Source: Candidatus Delongbacteria bacterium
Lineage (GTDB): Bacteria > CAIWAD01
Assembly (NCBI GenBank): GCA_963663545.1
Contig: OY760505.1
Span: 2,368,001-2,432,000 of the forward strand
Length of the DNA stretch: 64,000 bases
Direction: 5' to 3'
Notes under the pieces: model-generated
Databases searched by the model: none
What the model saw: the letters and a program-made list of their open reading frames with translations, nothing else
What the model was told of the DNA's origin: nothing
Part shown: in pieces, positions 47,401 to 56,430 of the stretch
Numbering within the stretch: position 1 is the first letter of the stretch
How the letters are laid out: the number at the start of each line of letters is the position of its first letter
Made by a program: the position numbers and the translations under genes

Positions 47401-47567
47401 TTGACTGGACGGCGCATGCCGACGCGGATAGTTACTCCGTGTGGTCGGCTGGTGCGGATGATCAATGGACACTGCAATCCGAAGGGCTGACGCAAACATC
47501 AGTGCAGTACAGCGTTGGTACGGATACCGTCCTGAAATTCCGTGTTACAGCGGAGTTCAATCACTAG
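44454..47567 (+). CDS. S8 peptidase with five ~102-aa tandem beta-rich repeats and an FN3-like C-terminal domain
   Basis: ILDTG / HGTACAG / GTSGATPH; repeats begin DPC..D...P..(T/G/S)HT; RBS AAGGAG. Confidence 0.92.
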   Translation: MSLRVLLLLSLTAALQASAPQTPLEDSRHDLVRLSDGGLCAPDHVIVQMSPLVQADRSTGAVALEQVPEFQQLRSVMVTGMRPLIARDEVDELSRDTGTDRYYLLETEPTSDVESLLSELSALSSVVDAWPDYRRYIARTPTDSYYSQQWAHHNTGQARSYSGSYVGTTDCDIDTDQAWDITTGSTDVIIAILDTGIDSNHPDLQAKLVSGYDFANGDSNPEDDEGHGTACAGIAAAISNNSTGVAGVDWNARLMPVKVLDSSGSGWDSDIISGITWARTHGADVISMSLGADGSSSSYTSPLSACWSAGVMVVAAAGNDNDANVDSPANNTYALAIGALSPCNERKNPSSCDGEYWWGSSYGTGLEVMAPGTRLHTTQMGGGYMSNMNGTSGATPHVAGVIGLIKSVAPTMTSTEIRQLLRDTADDLSTTGWDSQTGYGRVNAYQAVLAVGDPCDSDVTGPTLTHTPLGNTSNNTTPYLVQALATDDCDISSVTLYYQTSVNPSWVSAAMSLVGGYYTSSIPAQSYGTVVNYYISAIDDSPQNNESTVSGYFYVIDPCASDYDGPLVGHTPPADTYQQDGIYTLIFAAADPCGISSTWCTYSFNGGAPVSVPTYPSGNDYLVAIPGTGEPGVVSYTFTAQDASPNYNTTAANGAFQVLDPCQIDTEAPVITHTPPADTSEEAPYALSFEFVDPCGIGNVYGEYHVDGGAMQVLLLVDQGDGTWLAEIPYSGIGLYEYHIMVEDASPQHNLAEAAYSFNVLDPCADDTEAPTITHTALEDTYDEGPYALVFEFADPCDISLVTAGYEFDGGTTVTLTLTDQGDGSWTGDIPDEGIGDYVYHVSVYDGSPQTNLAEASYSFEVLDSCNLDVTPPSLSHTPQDDTYLHGPYELSFSVDDPCGISAAELEWRLGSGEWQSATLSAVSGGYEAELPYQGDGVVSYAASFADDSPQQNTVEEQWSFEILSPTVPDLFITLLDPDTVQLDWTAHADADSYSVWSAGADDQWTLQSEGLTQTSVQYSVGTDTVLKFRVTAEFNH
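45809..47348 (+). repeat. Five intragenic protein-level repeats (~306-313 bp period)
   Basis: DPC/DSC repeat starts at about 45809, 46122, 46431, 46737 and 47043. Confidence 0.8.
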
Positions 47568-49620
47568 CGAAGGATTGTTGATCGCGAAAGGATCCCTTTG
47601 GTGTGTCACATACACGCCAGAGTTCGATAGGAATTCCTGATCCAAGTAGCGCATCGTGCCAAAGCGTTTGTTCCAATGAACATGTATCACCGGGGCCCTT
47701 GACTTCGATCAAAAGGTGCCCCGGTGATTCTTTTAGTCCCTTTGTATCACCAACAACGGCCTTAGCAAGCGCGTGTGGATTCCAGAGGAAGAGGTCGGGG
47801 AGTCCATGGCCCATCACAGATGAGTTGCTCAACAGCCGCTCTAAAAGGGGCGCCAGTGCTTTGCCCGGCCACAACCAGAGCGCGGCGATTACAGCGTCTC
47901 GGCGGGGTCCGGTCAGAGTATTCCACGTAATCAGTGGATTCAGTAGACCTTCCTTCTCTTCCAGAATCGCGAGTGCACGGGTGCGATGCTGATCGGCGCT
48001 AATCTCTTCAAGCCGATGCATGATACTTGTACGGCGGTTTTCGTAAAACCAACTATCGCCCCAATCCAGTGGTGCGCTTTGATGCCCATGCAAAAAGGCA
48101 CCGGGAATTGGTTGAAACACGAGATCCCAGAAGGTCAGACCGAGCAGGCTACGCAGGAGAAAGTTTTCCACATGCGCGCCGATCCAGCCGCGCTTTTGCC
48201 AGTGCTCTAGTACCAATTCCTCCACAGAGAGGGCTGCGCCGGATTTTCCGGTAAACAGGAGGCGTCCTCCGTTGTGTCCCGGTCGCTGTGGAGCAGTCAG
48301 TGTGTATTCGGGTGGCTGCAACAGGTTCTCGTCGGGCGAGGGATGCAACTCCTTGGTGATACGAAACTGGCGTTGCCTGAGACGATGAGCCAGCACTTCG
48401 TCAGTGCAGTGCTTGAGGCGATGAGTGATACAGTCGAGGGCTTCGCTGCGACGACCGCATTTCATCAGGGCCTGCACCAGACGATCAATTGCCCGCCGAG
48501 CATAGCGGTGCAATGGGTCAAGTCGTAGAAGTCCACGGTACAGCTCGATGGCTTGAGCCGTGTTCCCAATGCGTTCCAGCATTTCAGCGCACCGGCAGAC
48601 GATGGACTGCAGGTCGCGCACCTGGCGACGGCGCGTAATCTCGGGAAGCCGCTCCCAGTCCGCAGCGTGACGCACGTTGTCAAGCTCATCCAGCGCGCGG
48701 TGCCCGTCCAGGGCCAGTTCTTCAATCTGCTGTATCACGTGTTTCAACTCGCGACGGCGCAGGCGATTTTCAATGCTTTCCAGGCTCTGTCCAGCACGCC
48801 ATCCCTTCAAACCAGGGCGTAGCTCTTCCATGCGTTCAAGCAGTGTATCACGCCACTCACCCCAGTGCAGGAAACGTTCCAGTTCTTCACGACTGCGAAA
48901 AGAGGCGACTTCTTCTATATGAACTTGTTCGCAACGCAGTATTCCCAATGCTTCTACAGTAAGAGTGCTTAGGGTTTGGTGGCGATTGCCGAAGTAGAGC
49001 GGAGGCAGCAGCGCTACTAGATCCTTGTACTGCACACTGACCCAGCCATCAAGGTCCAGCAGGACGTCCATAGGCGAGGTTGCGCTCTGCGAGAACAGGT
49101 CTTGCGTTGCGGGGCCCTGTTCTTGTTGCAAAGCATGCATGAGCTCACGCCGTAGACGCGGTGCTGTGGCGCGCAGGTGTTGTCCCATGCGTTTCAGCAA
49201 GCGGCTGCATTCTTCGCCGCTTATCGTTGCAAGCACATCCTCGGCATCTGCGAGCTCACCCTTCCAGATGTGGATCCAGCCACTTTGCGCGAGACCCGAT
49301 AGGGCTGGTTCAGGGTTAAAGATTTCGGGATACCGCAGTGTTGACCGGCGAATCCAATTCCCATTTCGTCCTAGAAGTCGCACATATAAGCGGCGCTGGT
49401 CTAGCGGAAGCAGGGCAAACGATGCGAGAATACGGTGCTCGTCCTCTGAGAAGAGGGCTGTATCACGCTGTAACACGAGCGAGAGAATTCGCTCGAAATT
49501 GTCCAGATAGTAGCCAATGGGTAGCCGACGGTTGTCAGGGAGGGCGTTTGTATCACCAGCCTGAATCTCGGGCGATTCGGCGGGCTCAAGTTCGAAAGGA
49601 AGTGGATCTTGCTGGTTCAC
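47557..49620 (-). CDS. FAN1-like VRR-NUC domain nuclease
   Basis: YYLDNF, RLYVRLLGR, SVEELVL, HVEN, GAFLHGHQSAPLD and GLPDLFLW...IEVKGPGD..SLEQ..W. Confidence 0.9.
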   Translation of the reverse strand: MNQQDPLPFELEPAESPEIQAGDTNALPDNRRLPIGYYLDNFERILSLVLQRDTALFSEDEHRILASFALLPLDQRRLYVRLLGRNGNWIRRSTLRYPEIFNPEPALSGLAQSGWIHIWKGELADAEDVLATISGEECSRLLKRMGQHLRATAPRLRRELMHALQQEQGPATQDLFSQSATSPMDVLLDLDGWVSVQYKDLVALLPPLYFGNRHQTLSTLTVEALGILRCEQVHIEEVASFRSREELERFLHWGEWRDTLLERMEELRPGLKGWRAGQSLESIENRLRRRELKHVIQQIEELALDGHRALDELDNVRHAADWERLPEITRRRQVRDLQSIVCRCAEMLERIGNTAQAIELYRGLLRLDPLHRYARRAIDRLVQALMKCGRRSEALDCITHRLKHCTDEVLAHRLRQRQFRITKELHPSPDENLLQPPEYTLTAPQRPGHNGGRLLFTGKSGAALSVEELVLEHWQKRGWIGAHVENFLLRSLLGLTFWDLVFQPIPGAFLHGHQSAPLDWGDSWFYENRRTSIMHRLEEISADQHRTRALAILEEKEGLLNPLITWNTLTGPRRDAVIAALWLWPGKALAPLLERLLSNSSVMGHGLPDLFLWNPHALAKAVVGDTKGLKESPGHLLIEVKGPGDTCSLEQTLWHDALLGSGIPIELWRVCDTPKGSFRDQQSFASD

Positions 49621-49624
49621 GAGA

Positions 49625-49650
49625 AAAAAGGGGGCCGATTGGTGGCCCCC
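49625..49650 (-). terminator. Rho-independent terminator
   Basis: The minus strand reads gggggcca-ccaat-cggccccc-tttttt. Confidence 0.7.
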
Positions 49651-49656
49651 GATCGG

Positions 49657-50151
49657 TCAGTTCAAGTACTCAACCTTGGCAGCAAAGAAGGTCAGTTCCT
49701 GCAGTTCGCCTTTGGTGGCATCTTCCACCTTGACGGGGGCGGCGCAGTCACCGGCCTGCTCACCGGCCGGACGCTCTTCCTTACCGGCGGCGGCTTCGTC
49801 ACCGCAATAATCGCGGTAGGAGGCGTCAGCATAACCCGTCAAGCGCACGCGCTTGCCAGTAGCCTGAGTGTCAAACTTGAAGGCGTCGTCCTTGGCGCGC
49901 ACCAGGCAGAACAGGTCGCCATCGTGATACTCGCCGTCCGCAATCCACATCTTGCAACCGCTGTGGCAGGCGCCTACTATAGTACCCTCAACGACTACTT
50001 CCTGCTGACCCAGCGTCTTCACCTTGGCGGCGAGATCGGCCACTGTCATGCCAGCTTGAGCTCCGTCCTGCTTTTTTGCGCAGGCCGTTAGCAGCAAGGC
50101 AGACAGTACGGTAAGTGCGAGCAGGGGCAGAAGTCTCTTCTTGTTCAGCAT
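49657..50151 (-). CDS. Lipoprotein with OB-fold-like domain and CHSGC motif
   Basis: Lipobox LLTAC; VVVEGTIVGACHSGCKMWI; RBS GAGG. Confidence 0.7.
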   Translation of the reverse strand: MLNKKRLLPLLALTVLSALLLTACAKKQDGAQAGMTVADLAAKVKTLGQQEVVVEGTIVGACHSGCKMWIADGEYHDGDLFCLVRAKDDAFKFDTQATGKRVRLTGYADASYRDYCGDEAAAGKEERPAGEQAGDCAAPVKVEDATKGELQELTFFAAKVEYLN

Positions 50152-50188
50152 GTTGTCCTCTTCTATTGATCCGTTGAACCCGCGTTGA

Positions 50189-50590
50189 TCAGAGTCTACT
50201 GCGCCGACGTATGCGCAGGAACATGTAGATCCCCGTTACAGCCAATACAATAAAACTGATGGCAATCAGATCAAAGAAGCTGCGTCCCAAGGGCCCTAAA
50301 ATGTCGCCGGTGTGGAAATCGTAGATCAGCCACATCAAAGGAACGCTGTGGGCTTCTTCGGGAAACAGATCTGCGATGCCCTGAACCTCGCGTACCGTGT
50401 CAAGTCGTGTTTGATAACGGTCCGGCAGGATCGACGTTGTCACACGAACCTTGTCCATCCAGGTCCAGCTATGTCGATGATTCAGAAGAATACCGGTCAA
50501 TCCAATCAACACCATGTGCACGCATACCCAGAGGCTGATCAGTTTGAAGTAGCCGAAACAAAACAGATGGACTTTGCGCCAGTATTTCAT
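50189..50590 (-). CDS. PepSY-associated TM-helix protein
   Basis: WRKVH, GLTGILLNH, YDFHTG and AVTGIYM are the His-containing PepSY_TM motifs. Confidence 0.75.
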   Translation of the reverse strand: MKYWRKVHLFCFGYFKLISLWVCVHMVLIGLTGILLNHRHSWTWMDKVRVTTSILPDRYQTRLDTVREVQGIADLFPEEAHSVPLMWLIYDFHTGDILGPLGRSFFDLIAISFIVLAVTGIYMFLRIRRRSRL

Positions 50591-50743
50591 TTTCCCGTCC
50601 TGATTCCATCGACCTGGCGCGCCTTCGCCAAGATTGAAAGGCAATGTGTCAATTGAACGCCGGAGCTGACAAGTGCTACCTTGAACGAGTGTAGTAGGGC
50701 AGCAGGTTCTTCAGAGTTTCCCCAAGATATCCAGGAGGGCACG

Positions 50744-53700
50744 ATGCGGTTGTCACTCTTTCTTTGTGTCGTCTTGCTGGCCGGAAGCGTTGCCGCCGGT
50801 GAACCGGAATGGTGTCGCTGGCCGGCTGTATCACCAGATGGATCAGTAATCGCATTCTCCTGCATGGGGGATTTGTGGACCGTTTCTGCAGAAGGTGGCC
50901 GAGCGGTTCAATTGACCAGAGGTCCAGGGCTGGAAACCCGTCCTTGTTGGTCGCCCGACGGAAAATGGATTGCCTACGCTTCTGACTTGTATGGCAACCT
51001 TGATGTGTTTGTTGTCAGTGCAACCGGCGGCACGGCGCATCGCCTGACCTATCATTCGCACAACGACTGGCCCTGGTGCTTCTCACTGGACAGCCAGAAC
51101 GTGCTCTTCAGTTCTGCGCGCATCGACGACCCACGATGCAGCCAGTTCCCAGGTGGGTATTTGCCAGAGTTGTATCAGGTCGGTATCACGGGGAACCGCC
51201 CAGAACAAATACTCAGCCTCCCTGTTGAGCAAGTGGATGTGGGTGAGTCGGGAGTGCTTTACGAAGTCGTCCGCGGTTTGGAAGACGAATTCCGCAAACA
51301 CCATACTTCCTCCATAGCGCGCGACTTATGGTTGTGGCACGGTGATACACACACTCAGCTCACGACTTATGAAGGAGAGGATCGAGAGCCCGTCTGGCTT
51401 CCGGATGGCCGCTATGCGTACCTCAGCGAGCGGTCGGGTACAATGAATGTCTGGGCCAGTGTAATCGAGGATGATCCGCAACAGCTCAGCTACCATCAGG
51501 GTGCACCGGCACGCGGCCTTTGTGTAGATGACAATGGGCGCTTGTGTTACAGTCAAAACGGTCACTTGTGGACACTGATTCCCGGGCAAGAGCCGCAACG
51601 GGTCCAGATTGATCTGGTGGCGGATCGTCAGGCAGATCATCCACAAAACCTGGTGCTCGATTCCGAGGCAGAAGGCGTTGCCTTGTCGCCTGACGGACGG
51701 GAAATAGCGTTCACCATTCGGGGTGAGCTCTTTGTTGCCAGCGTAGAGGAGGGTACGACTCGCCGTATCACAAACACACCGGAGCAGGAGCGTGATCCGC
51801 AGTTTGTCAACGATGGTCGAGGCCTTGTTTTTGCTTCTGAACGTGCGGGGAGTTGGAACCTGTACCGTGTGGATCTGGCGCAGGAGGAGGATTTTCATTT
51901 CTTCTCGGCTGGTGCGCTAAAGGAAAGCGAACTGCTGGTAGGAGAGGATGATTATCAGCAACCACTTGTATCACCAAACGGCGAGTATCTGGCCTTTCTT
52001 GCACGGCGCTGTGAATTACGTGTGATGGATCTGCAGAAGAAGCGTCAGCATGTGGTCGTGCCTGACACCGTCCTCTATTCATACAGCGACGGCGACCAAC
52101 ACTACTCATGGTCTCCTGACAACCTCTGGTTGTGTATCACGTATCCAGCCGACGGCCGTTGGAGTGACGAAGTCGGTGTCGTATCACGCGAGGGGGGCGA
52201 GATCCACAATTTCAGCCTGAGTGGATATGAAGATTGGTCGCCAGTCTTCAACGGCGATGGGCGTGCGATTCTTTTTCTTAGCAATCGCTACGGTCTTCGG
52301 GCACATGGCGGATGGGGATTTCAATCCGATGTAATGGCCGCTTGGACAAATGGTGTCAACTATGATTGGGGTCGCCTGAGCAGTGAACGGATGGCCGAGT
52401 TGACTCAAGATGAAGATGAGCAGAATGCAGATGAAGACGAGGCTAAGAACAAGGAGCGTGACAAGAGAAAGGACGATGATCGCCCTGACACACTGCGTGT
52501 GACCTTCGACTGGTCGCGCCCCGACCTTCGTACTACGCGCATGACGGAGCGATCAGCGACGTACACGGATCTTGCTGGGACTTCGGATGGCAAGCAATTA
52601 CTGATGATCGGGCGAGATTCTGACACCTGGACTCTATGGTCGCGTGACTGGCGCAAGGGTGAGCAAAAGCAGCTATGCGAACTACCCGCCGGTGGTCGCA
52701 TCCTCCTGGGGCCGGATGACGAGTTCGCATTGGTTCACTGCTGGGATGGCAGCCTTCACAAGGTTCCGCTTGAAGGTGACGAGAGCAGTAGCATCAGTTA
52801 CAGTGCGGAGATGCAACTGCGGTCCGGTGAAGAGTGGCGCTACTTCTTTGATCATATCTGGAATCAGACGCGTGTCAAGTTCTACTCGAGCGATATGCAC
52901 GGCGTAGACTGGAACGCGATGCGTGATACATACTTGAGCTATCTGCCCTGGATTGACAATAAGCGTGATCTCGCCGAATGCCTGAGCGAAATGCTTGGCG
53001 AGTTGAACGCCAGCCATACAGGCGCATTTACGTATTACAGCGGAGACGATTGTGATGCAACAGCGCAGCTCGGCATTATTCCTGATCCACAATACATGGG
53101 TGAGGGAATTCGCGTGGCTGAAGTATTGCCGCACGGCCCCTGCGGAGGCAGCTCCTCGCGCATTAACGCTGGTACCCTGATTCTTTCCATTGGTGGGGAG
53201 CGAGTTCTGGAAGGGCAGAATTACTGGCCATTGTTGAATCGCTCAGCCGGCGAACCTGTGTGGCTGGAACTCCGTGATGGCCGTGATACATGGCGTGAGC
53301 GTGTAGTACTTGAGTCCGATTGGCGTACGCGCAATCGCCTGTACGAGCGCTGGGTTGAGCGCAATGCACACATGGTCGACAGTCTTTCTCATGGTCGCCT
53401 GGGATACGTTCATATCCGCGAGATGAGTGGTGATAGTTTCCGCGATTTGTATCACGAAGCCCTGGGGCGCTGGAGCATACGCGAAGGCCTCGTCGTGGAT
53501 TCTCGCTATAATGGCGGCGGAAATCTGACCAATGAGCTTGTGACTTTCTTCAGCGGTAGGCGAACCTTCAGAAACGAAGTGCGGCCAGGTCCCCGTCAGC
53601 TGGGTGAAGAGCCTTGGGATCGCTGGAACCGGGCATCGATCGTCTTGATGAACGAGAGCAACTACAGCGATGCGCATCTTTTCCCCTATGCGTACAAGGA

Positions 53701-53959
53701 TAATGGACTAGGCAGTCTGGTTGGAACTCCCGTGGCGGGAACCGGTACCTCAGTCTGGTGGGAAGGTCTGATGGATGGCGAGTTGGTCTTCGGCATTCCA
53801 GAGGTTGGCATCCGAACAGAAGCCGGTTTCTACTTGGAGAACAATCAACTAGAGCCGGACTATCTGGTGCGTAACACGCCGGAAACATTGATCCAGGGCC
53901 GCGACCTGCAATTGGAGTCTGCAGTTCGTATTCTCTTGGAGCAAGTAGACACAGAATAG
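50744..53959 (+). CDS. Tricorn-like S41 protease with beta-propeller (PD40) repeats and PDZ domain
   Basis: Signal peptide; WSPDG repeats; EMLGELNASH, LGYVHI, VDSRYNGGG, NESNYSDA and DLQLESAV. Confidence 0.92.
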   Translation: MRLSLFLCVVLLAGSVAAGEPEWCRWPAVSPDGSVIAFSCMGDLWTVSAEGGRAVQLTRGPGLETRPCWSPDGKWIAYASDLYGNLDVFVVSATGGTAHRLTYHSHNDWPWCFSLDSQNVLFSSARIDDPRCSQFPGGYLPELYQVGITGNRPEQILSLPVEQVDVGESGVLYEVVRGLEDEFRKHHTSSIARDLWLWHGDTHTQLTTYEGEDREPVWLPDGRYAYLSERSGTMNVWASVIEDDPQQLSYHQGAPARGLCVDDNGRLCYSQNGHLWTLIPGQEPQRVQIDLVADRQADHPQNLVLDSEAEGVALSPDGREIAFTIRGELFVASVEEGTTRRITNTPEQERDPQFVNDGRGLVFASERAGSWNLYRVDLAQEEDFHFFSAGALKESELLVGEDDYQQPLVSPNGEYLAFLARRCELRVMDLQKKRQHVVVPDTVLYSYSDGDQHYSWSPDNLWLCITYPADGRWSDEVGVVSREGGEIHNFSLSGYEDWSPVFNGDGRAILFLSNRYGLRAHGGWGFQSDVMAAWTNGVNYDWGRLSSERMAELTQDEDEQNADEDEAKNKERDKRKDDDRPDTLRVTFDWSRPDLRTTRMTERSATYTDLAGTSDGKQLLMIGRDSDTWTLWSRDWRKGEQKQLCELPAGGRILLGPDDEFALVHCWDGSLHKVPLEGDESSSISYSAEMQLRSGEEWRYFFDHIWNQTRVKFYSSDMHGVDWNAMRDTYLSYLPWIDNKRDLAECLSEMLGELNASHTGAFTYYSGDDCDATAQLGIIPDPQYMGEGIRVAEVLPHGPCGGSSSRINAGTLILSIGGERVLEGQNYWPLLNRSAGEPVWLELRDGRDTWRERVVLESDWRTRNRLYERWVERNAHMVDSLSHGRLGYVHIREMSGDSFRDLYHEALGRWSIREGLVVDSRYNGGGNLTNELVTFFSGRRTFRNEVRPGPRQLGEEPWDRWNRASIVLMNESNYSDAHLFPYAYKDNGLGSLVGTPVAGTGTSVWWEGLMDGELVFGIPEVGIRTEAGFYLENNQLEPDYLVRNTPETLIQGRDLQLESAVRILLEQVDTE

Positions 53960-53976
53960 AAGCAACGAGGTGTAGC

Positions 53977-55641
53977 ATGAACAAGACCGGTCTTTGCTTG
54001 TTGACCTGCCTGACACTGGTGGGTCTGTGTCACGCAGAGTGGACCACGCCCGGTTTGGGCACAACATACACAGCTGAGGATCTTGCCACGATCAGTGGCG
54101 GGGCTGTTACCGGTTCCTGGCCGGTTTACGATCAGCACGAGAACATCATCGTTCACGAAGAAGACACACTGCAGCTGTTGCCCGGCACAGTCTGGCAGGC
54201 GGTAGCCTTTGTATCACTGACAATTCAAGGCGAGTTGCAGGCCAGCGGCGAGCCTTGGAACCCGGTGTCGCTGAGGTCACTGGCAGGCACTCCCGCCTCC
54301 TGGGACGGCGTAACCATTGATGAGGGAGTTGCCGAATTGGCCTTCACGGAATTGCGGGATGCCGAGGACGGCGTCAACTTTCTCTACGGATCGGGAGAGC
54401 TTCGGTACTGCTCCTTGTGTTACAACCAGGATTCTGGCCTGCATTGCCTGGGCAGCAGCCCCACATTAATTGGCTGTTTGATCGAGCAAAACCGCGAGTA
54501 TGGAGTAGAACTGACCCTTTCCAGCTCGCCCGTGATACAGCACTGCGTGATTCGCAACAATAATCTGGACAATAGCTCACCGTTAAATGCCGTGGCTATC
54601 GGCATACAAGGCGAGAACAACGTCGTTCTTAGTGACTGCCTGATAGAAGGAAGCGGATCCAGCAACCAGGCATCTTGCTTCTCCCATTGGATGAGCGGAG
54701 ATCCGCTTCTGCGCAACTGCGAAATCACGGCGGGTCGCAGCGGTGTCGTGATACAGGGGTCGGGTGCGCAGGGAAATCTGGAGCGTTGCTGGATTCATGA
54801 CAATCACTACAGCAACCCCATGCTGGGTGGCAGCGGCATCAATGTCAACACGGCATGCATTCCGGTGATACGCGATTGCTGCATCGAGAATAATGATTGG
54901 GGCGTAACTGTGACTGCCAGTTGTCAGCCGGATTTCGGCAGCACGGCTGACCCGGGAGGAAACCGGCTGCACGAAAACGGCAGCAGCGCTGGCGCAGATT
55001 TCTGGAACAACACCGGCAACAACATCAACGCCGTAGGCAACTGGTGGGGCACGGCGGCAGAATCCGAAATCGAAGAGCAGATCAACGATGCTGCCGATGG
55101 AGCCTTTGGCGAGGTCGCCATCAATCCCTGGCTTACGGATGATGAGGAGTTTGCACCCTTTTTCCGGCAAGACATCGGTTGGACCTGGATTGAGGCGGAT
55201 GCGAATTTGATCCTTGATCCTGCCGGTCATTTCCGCGATGAAGAAGGGCTCAGCTTCGACCTGAGCGGTCCGGGGACCTTTACTACTCAAGGCGACATGG
55301 TTGAGTGGATGCCGCCGCTGGATGCAAGCGAGGCCGAGATACTGATTACGGCCACCACTTCAACAGGGTTGAGCAGCACCGATACTCTGCGAGTTTTCAT
55401 TCACAATGAACCCTTTGGGGGCGGTGTAGAATTACGGGTGTCCACGTTCTACGGAAGTCTGGTTTTAGACTGGGAGTCGCTGACAGGGGCCGCGTATTAC
55501 AACGTATACCGCAGTACTACACCGTTTAGTACGCAGTGGGAACTCGTGGGTGTCACAACGCAGACTAGCTGGACGGACGAAGGCGCACTGGTCGACGATC
55601 GCGGCTTCTATCGTGTTACAGCGGAGATACTGCCGGAATGA
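53977..55641 (+). CDS. Secreted right-handed parallel beta-helix protein with FN3-like C-terminal domain
   Basis: Signal peptide; repeated SSP.I..C.I..NN turns; NAVGNWWG; C-terminal LDWESLTGAAYYNVYRS...FYRVTAE. Confidence 0.8.
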   Translation: MNKTGLCLLTCLTLVGLCHAEWTTPGLGTTYTAEDLATISGGAVTGSWPVYDQHENIIVHEEDTLQLLPGTVWQAVAFVSLTIQGELQASGEPWNPVSLRSLAGTPASWDGVTIDEGVAELAFTELRDAEDGVNFLYGSGELRYCSLCYNQDSGLHCLGSSPTLIGCLIEQNREYGVELTLSSSPVIQHCVIRNNNLDNSSPLNAVAIGIQGENNVVLSDCLIEGSGSSNQASCFSHWMSGDPLLRNCEITAGRSGVVIQGSGAQGNLERCWIHDNHYSNPMLGGSGINVNTACIPVIRDCCIENNDWGVTVTASCQPDFGSTADPGGNRLHENGSSAGADFWNNTGNNINAVGNWWGTAAESEIEEQINDAADGAFGEVAINPWLTDDEEFAPFFRQDIGWTWIEADANLILDPAGHFRDEEGLSFDLSGPGTFTTQGDMVEWMPPLDASEAEILITATTSTGLSSTDTLRVFIHNEPFGGGVELRVSTFYGSLVLDWESLTGAAYYNVYRSTTPFSTQWELVGVTTQTSWTDEGALVDDRGFYRVTAEILPE

Positions 55642-55991
55642 ACTCGCTTGATCCCGAAGACCTGTTGAAGGAATGCGATGTCTTGCGCGCACGAGGTGGT
55701 GGTCCTGGCGGACAGCACCGAAATGTGACGGAAAGTCGTATTACACTGTATCACAGACCAACGGGGCTTCGCGTGGTTTGTGACACGCATCGAAGCCAGC
55801 ATCGTAATCTGCGCGAGGCGCTGGAAACCTTGCATCGGCGCATTCTTGAGGAAGAACTGCGTCGCGAGGTGGAGAGTAGGCCGCGCATTGTCAGGCGAAA
55901 ACGACCGCGTGCCATTCAGCAGAGAATTCTGGACGAAAAGCGTCGTAGAGGTGAGCAGAAGCGGATGCGTCGTACACCGCGCGATTGGTGA
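55638..55991 (+). CDS. ArfB-like peptidyl-tRNA hydrolase (RF-1 GGQ domain)
   Basis: GGPGGQHRN, H.PTG and RSQHRN, with a basic C-terminal tail. Confidence 0.85.
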   Translation: MNSLDPEDLLKECDVLRARGGGPGGQHRNVTESRITLYHRPTGLRVVCDTHRSQHRNLREALETLHRRILEEELRREVESRPRIVRRKRPRAIQQRILDEKRRRGEQKRMRRTPRDW

Positions 55992-56003
55992 TACATGCAG
56001 TGG

Positions 56004-56321
56004 TCAGTCTGGATCAGTACTGCGATAGTCGCCGGTCCAGACTTCACCACGACTACGTATGTGCTCGCGTCGTTGTACGAATTCAACGCAACGCGAATAG
56101 ATAAACAGACCGAGGAAGGTGCACAGGCTTGTGCCCAGTACGAGCACGATCAGCCCCAGCCAACCCCAGCCGGTTACTTGCAGCGCAGTGAAGAGGACGA
56201 CGATTACAAGCCAGGCAACAAAGCCGCTGCTCCAGCCTGCCAGTAGACACCAAAGAGGTGTTCGCACACGGCGCGGGCCCTCGTCGATGCCCACGAAGAG
56301 TTCGTTTTTCCTTCCAAACAT
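56004..56321 (-). CDS. Small membrane protein (2 TM), hypothetical
   Basis: Two hydrophobic segments; fills the gap between the ArfB-like gene and trmB. Confidence 0.55.
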   Translation of the reverse strand: MFGRKNELFVGIDEGPRRVRTPLWCLLAGWSSGFVAWLVIVVLFTALQVTGWGWLGLIVLVLGTSLCTFLGLFIYSRCVEFVQRREHIRSRGEVWTGDYRSTDPD

Positions 56322-56430
56322 GCTTTCAAACTAAGGATTCCATCTCGCAGGAGGAGCCCAGCTTCGCGCGAGCCGCAGCAGAATTGATACTTTGAGCGCT
56401 TCTTGGCTTGGACTTGAAAAGGAAATCAGC

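Noticed and set aside
47557..49620. VRR-NUC nuclease as a prophage or defence-island marker
   Set aside because: Full-length FAN1-like repair architecture, motif density like native genes, and no phage or integrase neighbours.
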